Sequence record: NC_031126.1
DNA length: 64,000 nucleotides
Direction: 5' to 3' (one strand)
Part shown: positions 26,813 through 35,770 of the stretch, in pieces
Layout of the letters: each line of letters starts with the position of its first letter
Numbering within the stretch: the first letter of the stretch is position 1
Position numbers and translations under genes: made by a program
Notes under the pieces: generated by a model
Database searches by the model: none
The model's input: the letters and a program-made list of their open reading frames with translations, nothing else
Told to the model about the DNA's origin: nothing

Positions 26813-26843
26813 CCTGGCCTGCCGCTACACAGGAGCTGCCGCT

Positions 26844-27113
26844 ATGAAACAGAAACCTTTCGCTGTACGTCTTTTCGAATACTTCTTCCCTGATGAAGTG
26901 AAACCGAAGATTCCTCGGATTCGCGAATATCGCGGAGATGAAGAAGAGTTCTGGGAACACATGGAGAAGAACCATAAAGGTTGGACGCCGGTGTACCCTA
27001 TCGAAGAGAATAAAGCCCGCGTGGTGCACTACCACGATGTGGATGGAAATCTGGTAGCCGTCTGTGTGCGCTGGCCGCAACGTAATTACTATTACACGGT
27101 ATCCGTGTACTGA
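26844..27113 (+). CDS. small hypothetical protein
   Basis: 89 aa; caggag RBS. Confidence 0.65.
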   Translation: MKQKPFAVRLFEYFFPDEVKPKIPRIREYRGDEEEFWEHMEKNHKGWTPVYPIEENKARVVHYHDVDGNLVAVCVRWPQRNYYYTVSVY

Positions 27114-27121
27114 GGGTAGCC

Positions 27122-27475
27122 ATGCGCGTAAAAGGAACGTCTGACGGCAAACTGTCGTTTCTCTGCCCAGGCTGTGAGGTTCGCCATACCGTCAACGTAA
27201 AGACGCCGAATGGTCCTCAATGGCAATGGAACGGGAACAGTGACAAACCTACGTTATCTCCGTCGGTGTTGGTTCGTTCTGGACATTATACTGATGGGCA
27301 CACTGGCGATTGTTGGTGTACCTATCTGGCTGAACATCCGGAAGAAGACCCAGCGGATGTCTTTACCTGTGGTGTATGCCACTCGTTTGTTCGGGACGGT
27401 CGTATCGAGTTCTTATCGGACTGCACCCACGCGTTAGCGGGACAAACGGTAGACTTGCCGGAACTGGAGGAGTAA
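27122..27475 (+). CDS. DUF6527-like Cys/His metal-binding protein
   Basis: FLCPGCEVRH, WQWNG...KPTLSPSVL, CHSFVRDGRIEFLSDCTHALAGQTV. Confidence 0.75.
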   Translation: MRVKGTSDGKLSFLCPGCEVRHTVNVKTPNGPQWQWNGNSDKPTLSPSVLVRSGHYTDGHTGDCWCTYLAEHPEEDPADVFTCGVCHSFVRDGRIEFLSDCTHALAGQTVDLPELEE

Positions 27476-27477
27476 CC

Positions 27478-28644
27478 ATGTCGGCTGATTTTGATTTCAT
27501 TACGCTCTGGGAAGACTACGACACAATTGTGGCGTTAGAATCTCGTGGTCGTGGTATTGAAGACCCAATGGTGCGCTCCATTGCACAGCGTTGGGGTGTC
27601 CTCGCCTCTATCGAGCAGGAATGGGAAGAACAGGTAGCGCGTGAATCCCGCGCTATGATGGAGCGTGCTCAGGTGATGGCCGACGCGGCGGCAGAAGGCA
27701 AGACAGCAACACGTTTTGCCAAGAAGTCCGTGAAGCTTGCCGCCAAGGGTACAGCTGGTGCCACTAAGCTTGCCGCTAAAGGTACTGCGAAGGGTGCTAA
27801 GGCTGTGGGTAAAGCCACCGGTAAAGTATCCGTAGCACTGGCCGGTAAGTTTAAAGAGTGGGCTGCGCACTACGGGCCAAAGTTCAAAGCCAAACTTCAT
27901 GAGATGGCTGAGAAGGCTCCAGCGGTTGAGAAGAAACGTCAGAAGCTTGAACGTAAACTCGATGAAACCAAAGAGCTGTCCGGCAATCCGATTAAAACCA
28001 TGGCCTGGGTATCCTGCGTTTGTTTGCTGGATAAGGTTGACTTGGATGCCTGTTTGTACCTGGCGAACCATACTGGTGCGCTGAACGATGCGGTGAAACA
28101 ATACACCGTTAAAGTTCGGCAGTACGAAGGTTTACTGGTGGGGCGTTACGTGGAACAAGCCGATGGTACCTTGTCTAAGATTGGACGTCCGTCTAATACG
28201 GCAATTCACCGCGCTTCAGGGTTCCTTGGCCGATTCACGCAGAACGATGTCAAGGCCCGCCCGATGGCAGGCAACGTCATTATCGTTAACCACGGTAAAG
28301 GCGTGAAAGAAAAGATTGAGTTTGCAGTGGCGCGTGATACAAAGATTGGGGCAACCATTGACCCACTCAGTCACGCCGAATGTAAAACCGCTCTGGATGC
28401 TGTAGGCCACTTAGCGAAAGCTTTGGAGGCACGCGGTGCCCGTCATGGGGTGTTCAGTTATACCGGTATCTATCACGAGATGGAAGAGATGCAGAAGAAG
28501 ATGGACGATATGGAGGGTGATGAACTCCGTGCGGCCATGCTGCTCTACAAAAACTCGATGGCACTGGAAGATGCCTTCACTACCGCTATGGCGCGTGTCA
28601 GTGATGGTCTCCTTAACTGGGTAGCGGCTAGTCTTAAAGGCTAA
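27478..28644 (+). CDS. probable internal head/ejection protein
   Basis: 388 aa from ATG 27478 (ggaggag RBS); acidic N-terminus with ALE-S (19-22), SIE and ARE motifs; Lys/Ala/Gly 11-mer repeat. Confidence 0.55.
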   Translation: MSADFDFITLWEDYDTIVALESRGRGIEDPMVRSIAQRWGVLASIEQEWEEQVARESRAMMERAQVMADAAAEGKTATRFAKKSVKLAAKGTAGATKLAAKGTAKGAKAVGKATGKVSVALAGKFKEWAAHYGPKFKAKLHEMAEKAPAVEKKRQKLERKLDETKELSGNPIKTMAWVSCVCLLDKVDLDACLYLANHTGALNDAVKQYTVKVRQYEGLLVGRYVEQADGTLSKIGRPSNTAIHRASGFLGRFTQNDVKARPMAGNVIIVNHGKGVKEKIEFAVARDTKIGATIDPLSHAECKTALDAVGHLAKALEARGARHGVFSYTGIYHEMEEMQKKMDDMEGDELRAAMLLYKNSMALEDAFTTAMARVSDGLLNWVAASLKG

Positions 28645-28653
28645 GGACACGAG

Positions 28654-29121
28654 ATGGACGTAAAGCTCATTCTAAAAGCCGACTCCCGTCTCGGTAAACT
28701 CTACTACAGTAGTCTATTACAATTACACAACGAACTGTACGCTGACCAGCGTACCAAACTCAATGACCTGACAGGCCGTGATGGGTTTGGGGGTGCAGAT
28801 TCCTTAGATGGGATTTGGACGCCGTACGATGTGATGGCGGTCGCCTTAGATGAGAAGCAGGAAGCCGTGGGTTTCTTGTCGTTCTCTATCAGCGGGAAGA
28901 ACGCGCAAAAATGGTTATGGATTCACAACTTCTACGTCAAAGATTCTCAGCGCGGTAAAGGCGTTGGGTCGTTGCTGATGCAGACGGTGCGTGACTACGG
29001 CAAACAGAAAGGCTGTCGCTTTATGCAGTTGACTGTTCTCGATAACAACGAGGCTGCCCTGGCTATGTATCAGCGGTTGGGTTTCCGAACTGAAATGCAG
29101 GATATGGTTAAGGAGTTGTGA
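28654..29121 (+). CDS. GNAT-family acetyltransferase
   Basis: FYVKDSQRGKGVGSLLM (motif A) and DNNEAALAMYQRLGF. Confidence 0.9.
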   Translation: MDVKLILKADSRLGKLYYSSLLQLHNELYADQRTKLNDLTGRDGFGGADSLDGIWTPYDVMAVALDEKQEAVGFLSFSISGKNAQKWLWIHNFYVKDSQRGKGVGSLLMQTVRDYGKQKGCRFMQLTVLDNNEAALAMYQRLGFRTEMQDMVKEL

Positions 29122-29122
29122 T

Positions 29123-29770
29123 ATGGCGTCAGTTCGTAGCGTACCGCATTCGACCGGTTCGCGATTTACTTTTGCAGTGAAACGTTTCGGCTTCGTCCGG
29201 AGACCGGGTTGGAAAGTGGTGCGCGTGGCTGGCACCTTCTGGCAACTCCCACCGGGTATTGAGAAATACCTGACCATCGAACAAATCCAAACCTTTGTAA
29301 AAGGCGCAGACAGTAGCCAGAAGTACAGTTGGAGTTCTGCTGTGTTACCACGCAGTAAGGGCAAGACAACGAACGCTGCCGAACGTGGCGTGTATTGGAC
29401 AGGCCAGAAAGCATTCCAGGTCGGTATGGAGTGTCCTAAGTGCGTAGTGACGCCATTCAATGAAGAGATTGATGGCGACATTATGACAGGGATTGTTATT
29501 CAGTTCCCTGACTCACCAGAAGACGACTACGTACTCGGTACAGTCAAAGACGTCACGATTGCGACGTTTTATAAATACCTTCTGTTCTACAACCGCCACG
29601 TATATTGGCACAATGTCCAGGATGCAGGTTACAATCGTATGAACCTGCCTTATGGGCGGAATGGGAGACTACTGGGATGTTCTATTCTGAACTCGAAAAA
29701 TACACCGCCGCCTTGCGCGCCGGTACCACCAAACACGACGCCTCCTTCGCAGATGTCGTTAGCGCTGTAA
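29123..29770 (+). CDS. hypothetical protein
   Basis: 215 aa; last ~30 codons overlap the next gene. Confidence 0.65.
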   Translation: MASVRSVPHSTGSRFTFAVKRFGFVRRPGWKVVRVAGTFWQLPPGIEKYLTIEQIQTFVKGADSSQKYSWSSAVLPRSKGKTTNAAERGVYWTGQKAFQVGMECPKCVVTPFNEEIDGDIMTGIVIQFPDSPEDDYVLGTVKDVTIATFYKYLLFYNRHVYWHNVQDAGYNRMNLPYGRNGRLLGCSILNSKNTPPPCAPVPPNTTPPSQMSLAL

Positions 29771-30045
29771 GTGGCATTCCCGGCCTGGAAGTTGACGTGC
29801 ATTATGACAACGTCCGGGCTGACACAATGTTAGCAAACCTAACCTTTAAGAACGAGTATGGGTCGATTGAATTGCGTTATCGTTATAACACGCATTATTT
29901 CCTCACCTTAATGTGTTACGTTAAACACGATGGTCACACCTATCCTGTGAGATGGTGGGATGATAAATCGAAGTTCAAGTATGCGTTGGCTGAACACAGT
30001 CAAACCGTACACGACTTTATGCGAGCCGTAGGTAATGGTTTCTAA
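29677..30045 (+). CDS. hypothetical protein
   Basis: Start re-assigned to ATG 29677 (MFYSELEKY...) after gggag. Confidence 0.6.
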   Translation: MFYSELEKYTAALRAGTTKHDASFADVVSAVSGIPGLEVDVHYDNVRADTMLANLTFKNEYGSIELRYRYNTHYFLTLMCYVKHDGHTYPVRWWDDKSKFKYALAEHSQTVHDFMRAVGNGF

Positions 30046-30057
30046 GAGAGTGAGAAA

Positions 30058-30657
30058 ATGCCTGAGATGATTTTGGATTCTCTGTTTTTGATCACCAACG
30101 CGTATATCGACAAGCACAAGAAGCTGCCGGTTCGGGTTTGTGTTCGCCGTAAAGGGGTGAGCCGCCTGTATCATATTGCGACTGTTTTGGAGATTGCGTG
30201 TAAGGTGACTGGGATGGACAAACCCAAATCCCTGAACAACTTTAAACACGTTCGTGGGATTCTACACAAAGCAGTGTGTGTGATGCACCGTCATCGTCGT
30301 CAGTCCCCATATCGCTTCCTGTTAAAGGAAGGCGTGAATGATACTGAATACCGTGATAACCTGGTTGACCTGCGCGATGCCTTCTGCAACATTGCTGGTC
30401 TGGCGCGTGAGCGTCTGGTATCGGTAGCGCAGGGTAACACCCGCGCACCTACGCAACAAGAAGCCGAAGCGGCCATCGAGATGATGAGACGTGCTGAGCT
30501 GGTAGTCGTGAATGATGAGAAGGAAGCTTTCCGTCTGCAACACTACCTGGCTGAGCGTGCCTTAACCCCGCTGGTTGTTCATGCGGAGGTCGCCGCGCCG
30601 TTAAACCAACCGAGTACGGAAGGTGAATGGTCGGAACCAACGGTCGCGCACCAGTGA
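30058..30657 (+). CDS. hypothetical protein
   Basis: 199 aa; followed by terminator. Confidence 0.7.
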   Translation: MPEMILDSLFLITNAYIDKHKKLPVRVCVRRKGVSRLYHIATVLEIACKVTGMDKPKSLNNFKHVRGILHKAVCVMHRHRRQSPYRFLLKEGVNDTEYRDNLVDLRDAFCNIAGLARERLVSVAQGNTRAPTQQEAEAAIEMMRRAELVVVNDEKEAFRLQHYLAERALTPLVVHAEVAAPLNQPSTEGEWSEPTVAHQ

Positions 30658-30660
30658 GAG

Positions 30661-30719
30661 TACCCACCCTTCGGGGTGGGTTTATCTTATTATTTTTTGG
30701 ATAGATATTATTTAGGTGA
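30661..30719 (+). promoter_or_regulatory. UUCG terminator followed by early promoter
   Basis: acccaccc-ttcg-gggtgggt; then ggatagatattatttaggtga at 30699-30719. Confidence 0.75.
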
Positions 30720-30771
30720 GAGTACAACCTATTCTTTTATCCCACTCTCCCGACCATCAAGGAACATTATC

Positions 30772-31140
30772 ATGATTAGAACTACCTACCTCGCTCGCTT
30801 TGATTTGTGCGATACTTTTGCTGAGCTGTTGACTATTCCCAAGATTGAGAAAACCCTGCGTTGGGCTGACACGCTGGGCTATGAACAATGTGCCCGTGAG
30901 GACATTGGCATTGTTAAATCCAAATACATCGTCATCTACGGTGAAACCGGGAAACCTATCCGCGTGGTGTGGGTGACCGAAGATGAGGGTAAAGCGTTCG
31001 GTCAGTATGTGGTCTACCATTACTGGCACATGAAACCAGAATGGATAGAAGCGATTACCAAACTCGCTGCCCGTGGCCTACGCTGTAAACCTGCTGACAT
31101 CCGTATTCTTGACATGCGTAAAGACTGGGATGAACAATAG
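30772..31140 (+). CDS. hypothetical early protein
   Basis: Start re-assigned to ATG 30772 after gaccatcaaggaacattatc leader. Confidence 0.75.
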   Translation: MIRTTYLARFDLCDTFAELLTIPKIEKTLRWADTLGYEQCAREDIGIVKSKYIVIYGETGKPIRVVWVTEDEGKAFGQYVVYHYWHMKPEWIEAITKLAARGLRCKPADIRILDMRKDWDEQ

Positions 31141-31151
31141 TCTTCGTCTTT

Positions 31152-31175
31152 TTTACGTGACGTCCTAAGTATATG
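31152..31175 (+). promoter_or_regulatory. putative middle/late promoter TTTACGT-N13-TATG
   Basis: Motif read upstream of ORF 31227. Confidence 0.5.
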
Positions 31176-31226
31176 CCGTAGTGAGTCGGTTAAAACTCAC
31201 CAACTTAAACTAAGAGAGAAAATACC

Positions 31227-32129
31227 ATGACTAAAGTAACCAAACCAAACACACTCGTTGAAGCCCCTAAAGAAGCATACTTGTCTATCCCAACCGACGA
31301 TGGACTTTATCGTTACGATTTTCTTCACAATCCTGACGATAAAACTGCTAAGGGTCTACCTCGCGCCGTAAGTCACAAGTTGGTCAATTGTGAGACAGGT
31401 GCCACCCTCGTTGGAGGCAATGTCTTTATGGTGCCTTCAAGCTGGGAACTTCCACAGCTCCAGAAGAAAATGAGCGATGTATTGAAAGATGCATCTGCGC
31501 GCATGTTCTTTAAGGGTATCGCACGTAAGCCAGAACTATGGTCGGCGTGGGAATACCATGACTATGCTGCGTTGCGCGAAGCGGCACCACGTTATGTTTA
31601 TCTGGAAGAGGTCATCAAAACCTTCTACAAAGATGTTCTGGATAAAGAGTATCATTCCCGCACGCCGGATGATAAGGTTGGTTATTTCCACCGTGTGAAA
31701 TCCACTGAAAAATTCCGTGGTAATTTCAACGGCTACGCCATCCATGTCAAACGTACGCTGGAAATGTTCTGTCCTCGCACGCAACTCGGAACGGCAAATG
31801 TGAGCTATGAATTCTCTGCGCCGTCGGTTACCGGCAAAGAGCGTAATCCAGGCAGCATGACACTCTGGTTCGAATATCCTTTGGCTGAATGGCCGCTGCT
31901 GAAAAGCTTCACCGCAGAACCTCGTGTGGCCGCCATGCTAACTGCATGGATTGACTCCACTTGGAACGACAAGCAACGCACGGAAGCACGCGAGCCCGAT
32001 GGTGATCGTCGTGTGAAAGTGAATTCCGGGAATAATAAAAACCCAATGGTACTTCCTAAACCCCATCTGTTTGTTCCGACCCCAGTGGATTCGGCGTTTA
32101 ATGCTCTGCCTCCTGTAGACGGCGAGTAA
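31227..32129 (+). CDS. hypothetical protein
   Basis: 300 aa; followed by terminator. Confidence 0.8.
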   Translation: MTKVTKPNTLVEAPKEAYLSIPTDDGLYRYDFLHNPDDKTAKGLPRAVSHKLVNCETGATLVGGNVFMVPSSWELPQLQKKMSDVLKDASARMFFKGIARKPELWSAWEYHDYAALREAAPRYVYLEEVIKTFYKDVLDKEYHSRTPDDKVGYFHRVKSTEKFRGNFNGYAIHVKRTLEMFCPRTQLGTANVSYEFSAPSVTGKERNPGSMTLWFEYPLAEWPLLKSFTAEPRVAAMLTAWIDSTWNDKQRTEAREPDGDRRVKVNSGNNKNPMVLPKPHLFVPTPVDSAFNALPPVDGE

Positions 32130-32136
32130 GCAGAAA

Positions 32137-32192
32137 GGCATCCTTCGGGATGCCTTATCTTTTTTTTTGTTTTACGTAAGCTGCTCATTATG
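32137..32192 (+). terminator. UUCG terminator followed by TTTACGT-N11-TATG motif
   Basis: ggcatcc-ttcg-ggatgcc plus T run; motif at 32171-32192. Confidence 0.75.
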
Positions 32193-32229
32193 TGAACACA
32201 CTTGCTTAATTTGAAATGGGGATAGAACA

Positions 32230-32895
32230 ATGACGATTACCGTGGCTTTTGATGGCCCGGATTATTCCGGCAAATCCACAACCGTCGCAAAAGTTGCGAA
32301 GATTCTGGAGGGGCTGGGTTTGCGTGTGGGTGTGGCTAATCATCCGCAGGCAGTGACGGAGACTGGACGTTATGCCCGTCTTCAACTGGTGACGGGTAAG
32401 GCGAATGATATTGTCGCTCGTGCCATGTGTCAGGATTTTGAATACACGCTCCATAATTTGGTTCCGCTTTACGATATTGTATTGTGCGATCGTTGGGCAC
32501 CCGTAACCATTGCCAATCAAGGCGATGAAGGGAAACACGAAGTATTCCGTTCTGGTATTTGTAACATGCCTGGAGCACCTTCCATTTACGTCTCAATGGA
32601 GGTGGGTTACGAAACGGCTGTTAAACGCAACCAGAAGCGCCTGGAAGAGAAAGGCCAGGATTGGGATGCGGCAGTAAGCGGAAAGATGTTCGTTTCTCCT
32701 GAAGCGTGGGAGGCGGCCTGTGCGCGCTATCGTTATGCGTTCCAGATACTGACCGAGGGTGGTAGCAAATTTGACTTGATTCAACTCAATGAGAAGTCTT
32801 CTGAGTTTGCCGCGTTAGATGTGGCCTCGAAGATTGCGCAGGCGTATGCCCGCCAATTGCAAGAGAAACAAGAATCCGCATTGTTACTCGCCTAA
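32230..32895 (+). CDS. tmk: thymidylate (dNMP) kinase
   Basis: FDGPDYSGKSTT P-loop, DIVLCDRW, A.KRNQKR lid region. Confidence 0.85.
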   Translation: MTITVAFDGPDYSGKSTTVAKVAKILEGLGLRVGVANHPQAVTETGRYARLQLVTGKANDIVARAMCQDFEYTLHNLVPLYDIVLCDRWAPVTIANQGDEGKHEVFRSGICNMPGAPSIYVSMEVGYETAVKRNQKRLEEKGQDWDAAVSGKMFVSPEAWEAACARYRYAFQILTEGGSKFDLIQLNEKSSEFAALDVASKIAQAYARQLQEKQESALLLA

Positions 32896-32900
32896 GCTGT

Positions 32901-32992
32901 GCCCCTTACCTTCGGGTAAGGGGTTGCTTATTTTTTACGTTTACGACAGGTGGTATGTTCTAAATAATTTCAGATAGATATTATTTAGGTGA
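32901..32992 (+). promoter_or_regulatory. terminator, TTTACGT-N13-TATG and early promoter in tandem
   Basis: Hairpin 32901-32924; motif 32934-32957; cagatagatattatttaggtga 32971-32992. Confidence 0.75.
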
Positions 32993-33040
32993 CATTAGAA
33001 ATTAATGTCGGAAATTATAACTATAACTAAGGAGTTTTAA

Positions 33041-33250
33041 ATGAAAGATATAAAAGTAACCCTACAGAAGTTGAACTGGATTAATAGATTCATCGCACGA
33101 TTACTTGCACTTCACGGATTAAAGCCAGAAGACTTGGGATTATCTCGAGCAGACTTAATGAAGTATGCAGCAGAAGATCGTGATATTGACGAACTCATTA
33201 AAGAGTTGGTGCCAGCACCTGCTCCTAAGCCACGTAAACCTAGAATGTAA
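33041..33250 (+). CDS. small early protein (AT-rich gene)
   Basis: 69 aa; taaggag RBS. Confidence 0.7.
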   Translation: MKDIKVTLQKLNWINRFIARLLALHGLKPEDLGLSRADLMKYAAEDRDIDELIKELVPAPAPKPRKPRM

Positions 33251-33257
33251 ATCCCCA

Positions 33258-33283
33258 GGCACTATTCCTTCGGGGGTAGTGCC
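33258..33283 (+). other. intergenic UUCG hairpin without U tract
   Basis: ggcactattcc-ttcg-ggggtagtgcc directly upstream of next RBS. Confidence 0.55.
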
Positions 33284-33310
33284 TTCTATTGATTATCAAG
33301 GAGTATTATC

Positions 33311-33667
33311 ATGCGTTATCAACACACTGCCACTCGTGCTGCAAAAGAAACTTTCCTGAACCACCTGTCATTCATCATCGAAGAGTTAAACGTCAAAACT
33401 ACGCAACGTGAGCTGGCGATGTTGTGTCAGGTGTCTGTATCTACTATTGGCGCGATTAAGAATGGGCGTGGGAAGAACGTTTCCTTCGAAACCATTCTCC
33501 GTGTAGCCGATGCTATCCGCCTGTCTTACCAAGTAACGCTGACTTCTAAGTTCGGGAAGTCTACTTACAGCGTAACATGTGAAGCGGGTTACGATTACAT
33601 GAAGACCGCTCGTGTGAAAATCACTGAGCAGGGCCGTATCATTCGCAGCGCTAAAGCAAGAGGGTAA
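33311..33667 (+). CDS. XRE-family helix-turn-helix DNA-binding protein
   Basis: TTQRELAMLCQVSVSTIGAIKNGRGKNVSFETILRVADAI. Confidence 0.85.
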   Translation: MRYQHTATRAAKETFLNHLSFIIEELNVKTTQRELAMLCQVSVSTIGAIKNGRGKNVSFETILRVADAIRLSYQVTLTSKFGKSTYSVTCEAGYDYMKTARVKITEQGRIIRSAKARG

Positions 33668-33670
33668 ACC

Positions 33671-34045
33671 ATGAAACCAATCTACTACCATGGGTCTTAC
33701 AAGACGCCTGTGATTATTCACAGTGCGAATCACTGCAAGCATCTCCACGTTGGTGGTTGGGCTTCACGTACCGTCACCCAAATTGTTAACAAGAAGTGCG
33801 AAACCCACTATCTCTGTCGTGCCTGTAACGACGCATTACTGGAAGAACTGTACGGCTCACCAGTAGCGTGTGAAGACTGCGGCAAGATGATGGCGAAGCG
33901 TGACGCTATCCCATGGTCATGCTACGGCCATAACCCAGCAGACCCACAGATTCATCTGTGTGGTGACTGTGTCAATGAACCGAAACATTTCACCCGCATT
34001 GAACAAGATCGTGCAATCTTCGCGACTTACTTCACTGCAAAATAA
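33671..34045 (+). CDS. zinc-finger protein
   Basis: CKH, CRAC, CEDC, CGDC Cys/His clusters. Confidence 0.7.
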   Translation: MKPIYYHGSYKTPVIIHSANHCKHLHVGGWASRTVTQIVNKKCETHYLCRACNDALLEELYGSPVACEDCGKMMAKRDAIPWSCYGHNPADPQIHLCGDCVNEPKHFTRIEQDRAIFATYFTAK

Positions 34046-34070
34046 TCCATCCCACTGAGGAGCATCAAAA

Positions 34071-34718
34071 ATGGCACCACGTACTAGCGCAGTTAAAAAG
34101 AACACCGCACCAACCCAGCCCGGTGCAACCGCAGCGCAGAAATTATCTGACGCCACCGACACCAGAGTCATCGAGCCGGAAGTAAGCATCTTCCCGCCGC
34201 AGGCACCTATCCACGGCAAGTTGTTTATTAACTTGTATCAGGGTGACTTTAAACTGTCTGGTTTCCAGGACAGTACCATGAACACCTTTGTCATCTATCA
34301 CAAAGACGTAATCGTTGGTGTGATTCGTGGCCACCGCCGTGCGGCTATCTCCACTTATGGCTTGCACATCTCGGTAATCGCCCGCCTGGCAATTAATGTA
34401 TCGGAAGAAGCCGCTTCAACGTATCTGGCTGCCGCTGCATTCTTCGATAACAACCTGCGTGCATATACCGCCAAGCAACCGCACTATGTTGACTTGCAGT
34501 ACAGCTATACGAATCCGAATGGCCAACATGCGGGCTATATGTTCATCGCCGGTAAGAACGTCGCGTTCGATGACGAAATTCCGGGTGACGCGAAAGAAAT
34601 CCTCTTCCGCGCAATGGCTTATATCAAGAACTTCACTGACCGTTATGCGAACGTTGAGAACGAGCACGACCTGACGTTGGTCGGTACTAACCTGTCTACC
34701 TCGTTAGACTGGAAATAA
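34071..34718 (+). CDS. hypothetical protein
   Basis: 215 aa; gaggag RBS. Confidence 0.8.
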   Translation: MAPRTSAVKKNTAPTQPGATAAQKLSDATDTRVIEPEVSIFPPQAPIHGKLFINLYQGDFKLSGFQDSTMNTFVIYHKDVIVGVIRGHRRAAISTYGLHISVIARLAINVSEEAASTYLAAAAFFDNNLRAYTAKQPHYVDLQYSYTNPNGQHAGYMFIAGKNVAFDDEIPGDAKEILFRAMAYIKNFTDRYANVENEHDLTLVGTNLSTSLDWK

Positions 34719-34730
34719 TAAAACTAAATA

Positions 34731-34787
34731 AGGGGGCTTCGGCTCCCTTATATTTTTTGTCTTTTTACGTTTGTAATAGATCTTGTG
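34731..34787 (+). terminator. UUCG terminator followed by TTTACGT-N13-TGTG motif
   Basis: agggggc-ttcg-gctccct plus T tract; motif 34764-34787 upstream of the GNAT/Dam operon. Confidence 0.7.
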
Positions 34788-34813
34788 TAGACTACACACT
34801 CTTGGGGTAAAAC

Positions 34814-35761
34814 ATGTATAGCATTGCGCGAGTATTTTGGGGTAGCATTCATGCCCGCAAATTGCGCGAGTTGTTACAGCCGGGCACAGACTCAGCAAAC
34901 CGACTCGATGCATTTTTAAAGAACCCTTCCATCGCTGTCTACGGACTTACGATGAATGGGGAATGGGGCGGTTACTTTGCCACATCTAATGTGCCGGGTG
35001 ATGAAACCTTGGCCTGTCATCATTTCACGCAGTTGAAAGCACACGCTATTCGTCCTACAACGATTCAATTGCTGCTTGACCACACCGGGACTTCTAACCT
35101 CATGATGTTGGGTGAGGACGAGAAGAAAATCTCCCGTTTGGAGAACCTCGGTTTTATTCTGATTGAAAACAATTGGTCAGCTGAAACGAAACCGTATGCT
35201 GACTTAGAAGTTGATAAACGGGTTGTTGATATTTCCATCGGCTTGGCTGATGAAGTTATCAGTGAAGATGACCTGCATGAACTGAACGTGGTGTTGTCCT
35301 GTTCGATTCTGGAAGAAGGCGACTACGACCCATTAAAACGCTACATCCTGCATACTGTCCGTCCTGACCAAGTTATCGAACGGGGTCGCAGTGGGAAGTA
35401 TCGCACACTGATTTGGCGTGAAGAGGGCAAGATTCTGGGCGTAGTCCAACTCGAGTATACGAACTGGGGTGGCGTGTCGTTAACGGGCATGGGCGTTCAT
35501 CCGCATCACCAGAAGCGACGCATTGGTCGAAACCTTGTAGCGGCAGCTATGAAACTGGCCAGTCAGTCCCACGAAGAAATCAGCGCGACGACCTTTGCCG
35601 GTAATATCCCCGCTGAACACTTATTGGGTAATCTTTTACGTTACACCAAGCTGCCGGGTTCCTACGGTATCGGTAAAACCGAAGACGCGGTTTCCTGGAA
35701 ACGTACAAAGGGTCTCAACAAACACATCGACCGTGATCGCGGCCCGGTGTTAGCCGATTAA
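34814..35761 (+). CDS. tandem GNAT protein with intact C-terminal acetyltransferase domain
   Basis: C-domain GMGVHPHHQKRRIGRNLV (motif A) and GNIPAEHL; N-domain ends SRLENLGF. Confidence 0.75.
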   Translation: MYSIARVFWGSIHARKLRELLQPGTDSANRLDAFLKNPSIAVYGLTMNGEWGGYFATSNVPGDETLACHHFTQLKAHAIRPTTIQLLLDHTGTSNLMMLGEDEKKISRLENLGFILIENNWSAETKPYADLEVDKRVVDISIGLADEVISEDDLHELNVVLSCSILEEGDYDPLKRYILHTVRPDQVIERGRSGKYRTLIWREEGKILGVVQLEYTNWGGVSLTGMGVHPHHQKRRIGRNLVAAAMKLASQSHEEISATTFAGNIPAEHLLGNLLRYTKLPGSYGIGKTEDAVSWKRTKGLNKHIDRDRGPVLAD

Positions 35762-35770
35762 GAGGTTGGG

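Noticed and set aside
27122-27475. Ammonia monooxygenase label sometimes attached to this family
   Set aside because: 117-aa soluble Cys/His protein with no TM helices; incompatible with AMO subunits
29677-29770. Programmed frameshift joining 29123 and 29677
   Set aside because: No slippery heptamer seen, and the downstream ORF has its own gggag RBS and ATG; simple overlap is more parsimonious
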